Assembly (NCBI GenBank): GCA_026770705.1
Contig: JANJGN010000012.1
Location: 128,712,001 to 128,776,000, forward strand
DNA length: 64,000 nucleotides
Source: Isurus oxyrinchus
Taxonomy: Eukaryota
Direction: 5' to 3'
Below are positions 51,950 to 63,445 of this stretch, in pieces (the stretch's first letter is position 1; the number at the start of each line of letters is the position of its first letter). Position numbers and translations under genes: made by a program. The notes under the pieces were generated by a model. That model had not been told where the DNA came from, ran no database searches, and was given only the letters and a program-made list of their open reading frames with translations.

Positions 51950-52500
51950 AGCTGCTTGACGTGGATCTTTTACACTTGCAATGTTGGCGTGGTCACATTT
52001 ATTGTCCACCACCAGTTACTGGTGGGGAGCCTTCTTTTTGAACAGGTCCATGTGCTGAATACACTCACATGACAGTGTTATTGAGGGAATGCCAGGCTCT
52101 TAGCCCTGCAATGATGAAGGAACGGCAACACATGTCCAAATCAGGATGATATTTGACTTGGAGGGGAGCTTGGAGTCAGTGTTGCCATCTCATTGTTGCT
52201 CTTGTCCTGACCAATGGTAGAGGTTGCAGGGTGGGATTGAAGTGAGCTTAGTGAGTTGTTGCAGTGCATCATCAGTATGTTATGCTAGTGACAGAGGAGG
52301 TGCACATTGCATTCAGTGGCAGAGGTGCTCATCAACTAAACTCCTCTTCCCTAACTGGCTACACGTTCTTGAGTGTTGTTGCTGTCTAACCTCAATTTGC
52401 CAAAGATTTTACTTACGATTGAGGAAGAGATCATTGATGAAGATGTTGAAGGTGAATGGGCTGGCGAGACCTCTCTGAACTCTTAAAAATATCCTTAGGG
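51950..52500 (-). mobile_element. Old family-B-like LINE fragment
   Basis: tttattgtccacc...gatgaaggaacggc...tcaggatg...gagatcattgatgaagatgttgaag. Confidence 0.55.
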
Positions 52501-53324
52501 CTGCAACAATTTAGCTTTCGCCATGATATAATTATAATTTTAAACTGGCTGGAGGTTGGTATTACAGAGTGTGCTAGTGTTTTGGGGTTGATGGAGTGTT
52601 TTGTTAGTATGTGTTAGAAAATGTTACACTGTGCTTTGCACTTTTTCTAGGAACTGAAATAAAACTTGTTGACTAATCAGAAAGCCATTTGTGACATCAT
52701 TGTTACTGAACTGCAAGATGGGTTGGGATAAAGATATTCTATCTTTAGTAAGTGGAAAGAGTCCAAAGATAGTGTGTGGAAAAGAAGAGATAATAAAGGA
52801 GAAAGAATTAGGCCACTTGGCCTAATACCTTGGAGAGTTGTTCAGTTTGAAAGTACAGAACCAAGAAAACAAGATAGAGTAACCAAAACACTAGATAGTT
52901 GGTATGTTTAGTATAGAACACAGACTATTCAGGACAATTTGGAAAGTAAAGTAATTGTTGATGCTACAGTCTGTTATTTAATTGTTCTATAAATTGCTTG
53001 TTTAATGAAAGCATTGCATTCATAAATGGGACGATTTTATTAAAATTTTGGGTATGTTATTTGTTTAATTAGAAAAGTCCATTTGTAGATAGATATAGAT
53101 TATTATCATTTAGCTTTTTCCTATTTCTCCCTTCTTAACTTCATACAACATACCCTCCCTTGGCCGCTAGGTCAGAATAACAGGGAGCATATGGATCACA
53201 ATCATCTGTCTGGAGACCATGAAAGCAACCAGGTATAATTAATAATTTTTCCACTTCCTTGCCCTTTATCAACAAAGATAGGGCATGCCATTTCCACACA
53301 GTTCACTATTAGCATGGACAGATC

Positions 53325-53700
53325 AAGATGCAACAACAACTTATATTTATCATCCCTTTAATTTAGTAAAATGCACCAAGGCACTTTCACCAGAATGTTA
53401 TCAAACTAAGTTTGACATTGAGCCACACAAGATAAGCTTGGTCAAACAGGTAAGTGTAAAGGAGCGTCTTAAAGGAGGAGAGAGAGATAGAGAGGCGGAG
53501 AGACTTAGAGTGGGAATTCCGGAGTTTAGGGCTTAGGCAGCTGAAAGCACAGCCTTCGGGTTGCTGAAGAGGCCAGAACTGGATGAGCATGGAAACCTCA
53601 GAGAGTAATAGGGCTAAAAGAAACTACATAGATAACGAGGGACAAGGTCGCAGAGAGATTTGAAAACAAAGATGAGAACTTTAAAATTGAGACAACTGGC
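53325..53700 (-). mobile_element. L2-type LINE 3' fragment
   Basis: (caa)n tail and ggagcgtcttaaaggaggagagagagatagagaggcggagag. Confidence 0.75.
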
Positions 53701-53917
53701 AGTCATTGACGGTCTATCTCAGTTAACTAAACTAGGGGTTGAAACTTTGGTCACGGCTCAGAACGTGGATGGAGCCAACCAATCCAACAGTGCATTAACG
53801 TTATAAATATATAATGTTCGTTGAGGTTAGATGATTTAATTCCAACGCCCCTTTCTGTGATAGTTTGCGCTTTAATATGATCAACAGATGTCGGCAACTC
53901 TCTAACTGCAAACTTAC

Positions 53918-53977
53918 CCTCCCTTGCACATTCACACCCCCACATTCCCAGTGAACACAGAATGAACCTTCAGATTC
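53918..53977 (-). CDS. Candidate 60-nt exon (ESEGSFCVHWECGGVNVQGR if phase 0), may be non-coding
   Basis: Acceptor gtttgttttccag| and perfect donor AGG|gtaagt; length divisible by 3; no recognisable protein. Confidence 0.35.
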
Positions 53978-54894
53978 CTGGAAAACAAACTGTTCAACTT
54001 GGAATAAAAGCCCTGATACTGAGAAGCCCATTGCAAACCACTGATAAGATCATTTCATTTTCAAGGCTAACTGTTCTAAACAACTCAGTTAGTCACCATG
54101 AATTTCCACTTTGCTTGGAATTAGATTCTAATTCAGAATTAGATAAACAAAATACAACAGCAAAAAAGAAAAATCCAATTATCTCCACTGCGTGTACGAA
54201 GATGCTGATTCATAAATGCGTAATATTCCATGGGCACTTCAGACTTTTTTCTATTTGTTCATTAAATGTGAACATCCCTGGTAAGACCAGCATTTATTGC
54301 CCATATCTAATTGGTACCTCAACAAAATAGCTATTCTCCAAGAGTGAATTTGGACAGTGAAGCTATCGTAACATAGTGCACCCCAACCCTGTCCTTCTTC
54401 CAAGCTCATCTTTCTTCAGGAATGGCTAGAGAGTGATGAGCAATTGGCTTGATTTTGAAGTCAATTGTAGGACCACTCTTGTGCCAACAACTTGATGGAT
54501 GAAATCTGGAATCTTCGTGATCTGGAGGTATCAATACTACACCAGGCTGCAGCTGCTAACCAGTTTCATTTTTACCACTACTGATATGAAGTTTTACACA
54601 CCATTTACTGACATATGCAAAGGTGGCCACAAAGATCCACAGGCCCTGAATGCTTATCACCTGAATGGTGGAAACTCCTCCACACCACAGTTAAGCTACT
54701 CCCCCATAATGGAGTGGGAGGAGCAGGAAAATCTGTGGCCAATGACAGGAAATGAAAATCATCAAAATATCTGCCACTTCCAAAGGCAACCTGGCAGACT
54801 CTGAGAGGTCATGGCTACTCATGATACATCGCTAGGCAGAGACAACTAATACACACATATGCTTCTTGTCTGGATAATTCTGGCAACAATCTGA

Positions 54895-55605
54895 GATTAA
54901 TCCAGTCTGTTCACAACCTTGGTGTTACATTTGATCCTGAGATGAACTTCCAAACTCATATTCATGCCATCACTAAGACAACGTATTTCCATCTCCATAA
55001 CAGCGCTCAACTTTACTCCCTACCTCAGCTCACCTGTGGCTGAAACCTTCCTCCATGCTTTAGTTACCTCCAAACTCGATTATTCTAGTGCACTCCTGGC
55101 TGGTCTCCCACATCCTATCCTCCATAAGTAAATTAATCCAAAATTCTGCTGCCCTTGTCTTAACCCACAACAAGTCCCTTTCCCCTATCAGCCCTGTGCT
55201 TGCTACCTCTCACTCTTGTTTTCAAATTCCTCCATGAATTTTCCATTCCCAATCTCTGTAATCTCCTCCAAACCCATAACCCTTCAAGATGTCTGTTTTC
55301 CTCTAATGCTGGCCTCATGTACATTCCCAATTGTATTTGTTTCACCACTGGTGGCTGTGCCTTCAGTTGACTAGGCCCTAAGCTCTGGAATTTTCTCCCA
55401 GCCCCTCCATCCTTGCTTTCCTCTTTTAAGACACTTCTGAAAATCTGTAACTTTGACCAAGCTTTTGCTCATCTGACTTATTATCTCCTTACCTAGCTTG
55501 GTGTCATACTTTGTTTAATAATGCTCGTGTGAAGCACCTTGGAATCTTTCATTACAGTAAAGGTGGTGTATAAATAGTTGTTTTCATTGTCATTGTTGTT
55601 GTTGT
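54895..55605 (+). mobile_element. L2-type LINE 3' fragment
   Basis: NLGVTFD...LHALVTSKLDYSSALLAGLP remnant; (tgt)n tail. Confidence 0.85.
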
Positions 55606-57399
55606 ATAATTCTGTTCCATGACTTTTTTTTAATTTCTTGGTTCACGGGATGTGAGCATCACTGGCTAGGTCAGCATTTATTGTTCATCCCAAATTGCCC
55701 TTAAGAAGGTGGTGGTGCGCTGCCTTCTTGAACTGCTGCAGTCCATGTGGTATAGGTGCTGCTAGGGAGGGAGTTCCAGGATTTTGACCAGGTGACAGTG
55801 AAGGAACGGTGATATATTTCCAACTCAGGATGATGTGTGACCTGGAGAGGAACTTACAGGTGCAGTTGTTCCCACAGCATCTTCGGCCCTTGTCTTTTCA
55901 GGTGGTAGATGCTGTGGGTTTGGAAGGTGCTGTTGGAGATGTCTTGCTGCAGAGCATATTGTAGATGATACACAATGCTGCCACTTTGCATCAGTGATGG
56001 AGCGAGTGAACGCTTAAGGTGCTGGGTGTAGTTCCAATCCAGCGAATTGCTTTCTTGAGGCTCTTGAGTGTTGTTGGAGCTGCATTCATCCAGGCAAGTG
56101 AAGAGTTTTCCATCACACTCCTGACCTGTGCATGACAAATGGTGGGCAGGCTTTGGCAAGTCAGAAGGTGAGTTACTCACTGCAGAATTTCCAGCCTCTG
56201 ACCCACTCTTATAGCCACAGTATTTAAATGGTTAGTCCAGTTTAGTTTCCAGTCAATGGTAACCCCCAGGATGTTGATAGTATGGGTTTCAGCAATGGTA
56301 ATGCCATTGAATGTCAAGGGGAGATGGTTTGATTCTGTTTTGTTGGAGATGGTCATTGCTTGACACTTGTGTGGCATGAATGTTACTTGCCACTTATCAG
56401 CCGTTCAGGTCTTCTTGCATTGGATGTAGACTGCTTCAGTATCTGAGATGTTGTGAATGGTGCTGAACATTGTGTAATCAGCAAGTATCTCCATATCTGA
56501 TATTGTGATGGAGGGAAGGTCATTGATGAAGCAGCTGAAGATGATTTGGCCTAGGGTACTACCCTGAACAACTGTAACAATGTCCTGGGACTGAGATGAT
56601 TGACCTCCAGTAACCACAACCATCTTCTTTTGTGCTAGGTATAATTCCAACCAGTGGAGAGTTTTCCCCCGATTCCCATTAACTTCAGTTTTGCTAAGGC
56701 TGCTTGATGCCACACTCGGTCAAAGGCTGCCTTCATGTCAAGGGCAGTCAATCTCACCTCACCTCTTGAGTTCCATGTTTGAACCAAGTGAGGTCAGGGG
56801 CTGAGTGGCCTTGGCGGAACCTAAAGCATAAGTGAGTAGGTTATTGCTGAGTAAGTGCCACTATATAGCACTGTCAACGACCCCTTCCATCACGTGGCCG
56901 AGTTGACTTTGTCCTGCTTTTTGAGGATAGGACAAACCTTGGCAATTTTCCACATTGTCAGATAGATGCCAATGTTGTATCTGTACTGGAACAGCTTGGC
57001 TAGAGATATAGCTAGTTCTGGAGAACAAGTCTTCAGTACTATTCCTGGAATATTGTCACAGCCTATAGCCTTTGCAGTATCCAGTGCCTTCAGCCCTTTC
57101 TTGATATCACATGGAGTGAATCGAATTGGCTGAAGACTGGAATCTGTGATGCTGAGGACCTCAGGAGGGGGCCATGATGAATCGTCCACTCAGCACTTCT
57201 GGCTGCAGGTGGTTGCAAATCTTTCAGCCTTATCTTTTGCACTGATGTACTGGGCTCCCGCATCATTAAGGTTGGGAATATTTGTGGAGCCTTCTTCTCC
57301 AGTGAGTTGTTTAATTGTCCGCCAATATTCACAACTGGATGTGGCAGGACTGCAGAGCTTAGATCTGATCTGTTGGTTGTGGGATCACTTAGCTCTGAC

Positions 57400-57752
57400 T
57401 AGTCATTTGAAAGTACAGAACTTGAATAGAGCTAAACATTTTGTCGAAGATTTTTGTCTTGCACTCATCAGGGCAATCGCAAGAATACCAATGTCAGTGG
57501 AAGCAACAACATTATACGGTATGAGAAGAGAGTACTGATTGGTTGGCAAGCGGACTCTGATTGGTAGAGGCATTGCCATACAGATGTCTCCAGGTCAACA
57601 CCTCCACCAATCAGCGTCCATCTGTCAACCATTCAGCACTCTCTTCTCATATCGTATAAAGTTGTTGCTTCCACTAACATCGGTATTCTAGCGATTGTCC
57701 TGATGAATGCAAGGTGAAAAGCTTTGACAAAATGTATTTTTTCAGCATTATG
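57400..57752. mobile_element. Fold-back PLE pLTR mini-element, second family
   Basis: About 142-bp inverted arms 57436-57577 and 57593-57735; hammerhead motif in each arm; tctgact repeated at both junctions. Confidence 0.85.
57695..57730 (+). ncRNA. Minimal hammerhead ribozyme motif (mirror copy on minus strand at 57441-57476)
   Basis: ttgtc-CTGATGA-atgcaaggt-GAAA-agct-tt-gacaa; consensus of four arms ttgtc CTGATGA gtgcaagac GAAA agct TC gacaa. Confidence 0.6.
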
Positions 57753-57998
57753 TCTGACTGTCGTATGCAGCTTCTGCTGTTTGGCATGCAAGTAGTCCTT
57801 GTATTGTCAGTTCACCAGTTTGACACCTCATTTTTAGGTATGCCTGGTGCTGCTCCTAGCATACCTTCCTGTGTTCTTCATTGAACCAAGGTTTATCCCT
57901 GACTTGATGGTAATGCTAGAGTAGGGCATATGCTGAGCCATGAGATTACAGATTGTGGTTGACTACAGTTCTGCTGCTGCTGATAACCCAAAGTGTCA

Positions 57999-58264
57999 TG
58001 TTATTATAATGATATAATCCTTGGGCTTATTTGCTCTACAAGAAACGAGGCACCAATGGCTCATAAGGGATTGAGTAAACACATTGTGGGTTCATTTATT
58101 AGGACTTGGCGCATGAGAACAGTTATACACAGGTATAAAGCTTGAAGACACCACAGCTATGTGTGTGCTCTGCTCAAAGCAAAGATGAAACTAAGACTAG
58201 GTCACATGATACATTTCCCTTCTAGCAATGTCATGCTGATATCCCCTAAAGGCATATTACAACG
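57999..58264 (-). mobile_element. Solo LTR (Gypsy-like) nested in LINE
   Basis: Minus strand (C/T)GTTGTAAT...AATAAA...ATAACA, about 266 bp; host LINE sequence on both sides. Confidence 0.65.
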
Positions 58265-58294
58265 CAAAGCACCTCATGGAAATCTGTCCAATTT

Positions 58295-59342
58295 TTAAAA
58301 AAAATTCATTTATGGGATATAGGCTTCTCTGGCCAGGCCAGCATTTATTGCCCATCACATAAACAGAATTACTTGGAAAAACTCAGCAGGTCTGGCAGCA
58401 TCAACTAGTTCTGTTGAAGGGTCATGAGGACTCAAAACGTCAACTCTTTTCTTCTCCGCCGATGCAGCCAGACCTGCTAAGTTTTTCCAGGTAATTCTGT
58501 TTTTGTTTTGGATTTCCAGCATCCGCAGTTTTTTTGTTTTTATCTTTATTGCCCATCCCGAGTTGTCCTTGAGAAGGTGGTGGTGAGCTGCCTTCTTGAA
58601 CAGCTGCAGTCCATGTGGTGTAGGTACACCCATAGTGCTGTTAGGAAGTGAGTTCCAGGATTTTCACCCAGCGACAGTGAAGGAAAGGCATTATATTTCA
58701 AAGTCAGGATGGTGAGTGACTTGGAGGGGACCTTTCAGGTGGTGATGTTCCCATCTATCTGCTGCCCTTCTAAATGGTAGTGGTCTGTCCTGCTGGTGGA
58801 ACAGGATACACAGGGATGATGATGGTGGTGTGTAAAGTATTATTCGTTGAGTATGACTATGTCAGACCATTGTTTGACCAGTCTGTGAAACAGCTCTCCC
58901 GGCCTTGTCACAAGGAGGATTTTGCAGAGTTGATAGGGTGGAAAGTGCAATTATCATTTCCGTACCAAGGTTAAAACCAGGTGGTCTGTCCAATTTCATT
59001 CCTTTTTGGCAGTTTGATACAAGTGAGTGGCTTCCAGGTCATTTCAGAGGTTCTGGAGTAACGTGTAGACCAGATGAAGTAAGGACAGCAGATTTCCTTC
59101 CCGAAAGTGAATTAATGAACCACAGATGGGTTTTTACAACAATGGTTTCATGGTCACTATTACCAAGACTGGCTGGCTTTGTGATTCAGATTTTTTAAAA
59201 AATATATTAATTGCATTTAAATTCTATCAGCTGCTGTGGTAGGATTTGAACTTATGCCCCCCCCAGAACATTAGTTCTAGCCCTAGCCCAAGCCTCTGGG
59301 TTACTAGTCCAGTGACATTATCACTACACCAACACTTCCCCC
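58295..59342 (-). mobile_element. Family-B element: tRNA-like head, partial APE and 3' tail (internally deleted or composite)
   Basis: A box tggtgtagtgat (59331-59320), B box gttcaaatcct (59251-59241); APE remnant near 58780-58900 abuts the LINE tail at about 58775. Confidence 0.75.
58357..58544. mobile_element. Fold-back PLE mini-element (32057 family), left arm shortened
   Basis: Same sequence as 32057-32294; 13-bp TSD tttattgcccatc (58344-58356, 58545-58557). Confidence 0.9.
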
Positions 59343-60029
59343 CTCATGTGGTTGCAATGTAACAGACCATCTGATTAAAGAAAATGGGAAACTATTAACT
59401 AAAAGCCATTTATTCAGGACGATCATTTTGGAATTATACATCAACATGTTTTGCAAAGTACTAAGTAATAAAATGGCTGTCATATAAAGTCTGAAAAATA
59501 AATCATAAAGTAGTTAAATCTCTGTTAAATTGACCAGGAGAGAATTCTGAAATAAGCTGTCCTGACTACTTCCTAAAAAACGGTTTCTTTTCCCTTATTG
59601 TTTTCCTGACCCATCCAGTGTATCCGGGATCCAAATAATAATTCAGTTTGAAGCTTTTTTTTTTGGCAACCAGAGATAAATACTCGAAGATATATTCCAG
59701 GAATCTTTTTTTTTAAGTTGTTTAATTCCCTTACGTAATGGAGTTCTGGGAATTGATAGTGAGTTTTTTTATGAAGAGTCTTAAATATTCTGTCCTAAAT
59801 TAGAGGACACACTCCTGAATGTGGTTGTCGCAAATAATTACACAAGACCATTCATCAAGCGGGTTTCTCAGTTTAGGCTCCAACTTGGAGAAGTTGAACT
59901 GTCGTCAAGCTGAGATTGCTATCCCGATGTGTCTTACTGCCTTAGATATCTGACCTATCAAGAGGATCCTCAATCTGCATGTAGGCTTATGTACTGCATT
60001 CTATTCTAGCACATCCCATGAGTACGAGG

Positions 60030-60588
60030 ACTAGTTAGACCACACCTAGAATACTATGAACAGTTTTGGTCCCCTTATCTAAGGAAAGATATACTGGCAT
60101 TGGAGGTAGTCCAGAGAAGATTCATTAGGTTGATCCCGGGTGGGGAGGGATTATTTTATAGGGAGAAGTTGAGTAGGTTGGACCTGTACTCATTGGAGTT
60201 TAGAAGAATGAGAGGCGATCTTAATGAAGCATATAAGATTTTTAAGGGGCTTTACAGGGCAGATGCTGAGAGGTCGCTTCCCCTTGTGGGAGAGTCTAGG
60301 ACTAGAGGGCATAATGTCAGAGTAAGGAATCACCCATTTAAAACAGAGATAAGGAGGAATTTCTTCTCTCAGAGGGTAGTGAGTCTGTGAAATTCTTTGC
60401 TGCAGAGGATTGTAGAGGCTGGGTCATTAAGCATTAATCAGTAAGGGAATCAAGGGTTATGGGGAAAAGGACGGAAAGTGGAGTTGAGGATTATCAGATC
60501 AGCCATGATCTCATTGAATGGTGGAGAAGACTCGATGGGCCGTATTCCCTACTTCTGCTCCTACGTCTTGTTGTCTTATGGTCTTATA
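60030..60588 (+). mobile_element. HER1-type CR1 3' fragment
   Basis: VQRRFIRLIPG..LYSLEFRRMRGDL; tail gtcttatggtcttat. Confidence 0.9.
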
Positions 60589-60679
60589 GTTGATATGCCA
60601 ATCAAGTGGCAATATTGTACCTCATAATCTCCCTATTCTTCTTGTTTATCTTTACTTCCTATTTTGTAAGTTATTTCAT

Positions 60680-61075
60680 AGAAAAGTAAATCGTAGAAAG
60701 ATGCCATTTTGCCCTTCATGTCTGTACCGAGAAAGAGCTATCCAATTAGTCTCACTCCATTGTTCTTTCCTCATAGTCCAACACTTTGTTTTCCTTTTCG
60801 AGCGTATATCCAATTACTTTGGAAAGTTATTATTCCACCACCCTTTCAGGTAACGTTGCAGATCATAAAAACATGCTGTAAAATCTTCTCTCTGGTTCCT
60901 TTTACCAATTATTTTAAAGTTGCAGCCTCTGGTCACCAACCCTCCTGCATGAGAAAACAGTTTCTCCCTAAGTATTCTAACCCCTCCTTATTTTGGACAT
61001 TTCTGTTAAATCTCCCCTTACATTGTCTGCTCTATTCAAGAGTAATCCCAGTTTTTCAAGTCACCCCACATAACT
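60680..61075 (-). mobile_element. Old CR1 3' fragment
   Basis: agagctatccaattagtctcactcc...tatccaattactttggaaagtt. Confidence 0.65.
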
Positions 61076-61371
61076 TGTAAAGGGTTAATATCAGAAGCAC
61101 CTGATGCTGATGTAACTTGATACAATGTCACATGACAAAGTAACAGAGGTCTGGAGGGAAGGAGAAATCTAACTTCGTGTAGAATTATTCAAATGTACAT
61201 GGTTAAATAAATAACTAGATAAATTAATAATACTGATATTGTGAACTACAGCCTTAAGCAGTTTTCTTAGAGAAACAGTCAAGCCCCAAAGATCCCCATG
61301 TAGACACCAAACACAAGACGAAACATTGTTAGCAGTGGACAAGCGAGTAAAAGACCCAAGAAAAAATATTT

Positions 61372-61741
61372 TGTTTATTATTCATTCATGGAATGTGGAC
61401 ATCGGTGCCTAGGCCAGCATTTATTTCCCATCCCTAATTGCCCTTACTTGGGGGGTATTTAAAAGTCAACCACATTGCTGTGGGTCTGGAGTCACATGTA
61501 AGCCAGACCAGACAAGGGTATCAGATTTCCTTCTCTAAAGGGACTTTAGTGAACCATCTGGGTTTTTATGACAATCAGCAATGGTTTCATGGTCATCATC
61601 AAACTTTTAATTCCAGATTTGTTTTATTGGTTCAAATTTCACCATCTGCTGTGGTGGGATTCAAATCGGGGTCCCCAGAGCATTGACCTGGGTCTCTGGG
61701 ATACTAGTCCAGTGACAATACCATGCACCACGGCCACCCCT
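61372..61741 (-). mobile_element. Bipartite SINE-like derivative of family-B LINE (5' head joined to 3' tail)
   Basis: 61741-61450 matches 40750-41010; 61447-61375 matches the last about 70 nt of the LINE (aagggcaattagggatggg...ccatgaatgaat). Confidence 0.85.
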
Positions 61742-62941
61742 AGACCTGACAGATCCACAGATCCTTGGAAGAAGGATAAAAAAGAAAATTGATTGAAGAC
61801 TGACCTGAAAACTCAGAGCATCATGGATGCAGCAGATGCAAGCTGAGACACAGACCCAGAGTTCAGATAGCAGTGGCATAGATCAGAATCTACAATCCAA
61901 ACTATTGAAACAGTAACAGATCTAAAGATTAGGACAATCATGGTGTCTACACTGGCACTCCCAGAACCATTCCAAAGAACTGAAGTCTCACAATAGGCTC
62001 AACTCTGGGACAATGGGGGAAAGAGGTTTTCCAAGAGGATCAGGTCAGTACTTTACTATATGCTGTTGGAGCAATTGCTGATTATGTAATAGCAAGACTC
62101 AGAGTCAATGAGGCTTCCAGCCCTTATGATAAGTCCTCCAGGCATTCAATTCATACTTCAGCATTTGAAAAAAATGTAATAATTGAACAAGCAAAATTTA
62201 ATAAGTTTAAATGAAAACTTGGCGAATGCATGGATTCATTCATTAGTGACCTATGTAGGCTAGCAGAAAATTGTAACTACAGGATCCTGAGGGATGAATT
62301 AATATGCAATCACATAGTAGATAGGATCCTGGATTAAACTCTTTCAGATCTAACTCTTACTAAGGCAATACAAATCGCGCGACAGACCAAGCTCACAAAG
62401 CAAAATAGAAAGGTTATTCATGGAGAAAGCGATATCCATTAAAAACGAGTGAGGCTGAAAAGAAAAAGTGCATTAATTCAGAAGCCTGTGAAATTGGAGA
62501 AAGCATACCCACTGCCATCTTGGAATGCTCCCGGTGTGGCAGGAAAACACTGCACAAGTGGAAAGAATGCCCAGCAGGGGGAGCCACAACTGTGTAAATT
62601 TAGGACACTATAAAATTATCTGCTGATCTAAAACACAAGTAGCCCACAAGAAAAAAGAGGCAATAACAAGGCCAAACCAAACACAAGAAGTGGAAGAGCT
62701 ACAAAAAAAAACCTAAATAACCTTCCAAAGGGGAACTAATGAAACAGAAAATAATGACTGCAGCATTAAACTAAAAGTGGACAGACACGCTACAGGGTTT
62801 AAATTAGATACAGGCACAGCTGTTTCAGTCTTATCTGATGAAGCAAAGTGGCTTAAATATATCATCTATCTAGTTACAACGTCCAGGAGGGACTTCACCC
62901 AAAGTCATCGATCAACAATTGGCAAGATTAAGATATAACTA

Positions 62942-63445
62942 TAGAACCAAAGAAAAGTTACAGCGCAGAAAGAGGCCATTCAGCCATCCTGTCTGTGCCC
63001 ACCAAAAAAGAGTAAAAAAAGGAATTAGGTGCTCATTTTAACCCCACTTTCCAGCACCTGGTCTGTCGCCTTGCAGTTTACAGCATTTCAGGTGCAGATC
63101 CAGGTGCCTTTTAAATCAGTTGAGTGTTTCAGCCTCAACCACCAATTCAGGCAGTCAATTCCAGATGCCCACCACCCTCTGGGTGAAAAGTTTTTCTTCA
63201 CGCCCCCTCTAATCCTTCTACCAATCACCTTAAATCAATGCCCCCTGGTAATTGGCCCCTTAGCTAGGAGAAACAGGTCTTTCTTGTTTCCCCTATCTAG
63301 GCTTCTCATAATTTTGTACACCTTAATTAAGTCACCCTTCAGCTCCTCTGTTCTAAGGAAAGCAACTCCAGCCTATCCAATCTATCCTCATGGTTGCAAT
63401 TTTCAAGCCTTGGCAATATTTTTTATAAATTTCCTCTGTACTTTC
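62942..63445 (-). mobile_element. CR1 3' fragment nested in Gypsy pol
   Basis: gaggccattcagcc...ccagatgcccaccaccctctgggtgaaaa...ataattttgtacaccttaattaagtcaccc. Confidence 0.85.

Larger units (their letters stand above)
55625..58290 (-). mobile_element. Family-B LINE (RT region), interrupted by a PLE fold-back and a solo LTR
   Basis: Antisense to 41670-43735; remnants LKALDTAKAIGCDNIP, QGSTLG..FSCFINDLP. Confidence 0.9.

Noticed and set aside
52540-53100. Possible LTR-retrotransposon leader or gag remnant
   Set aside because: Too decayed to support with any motif.
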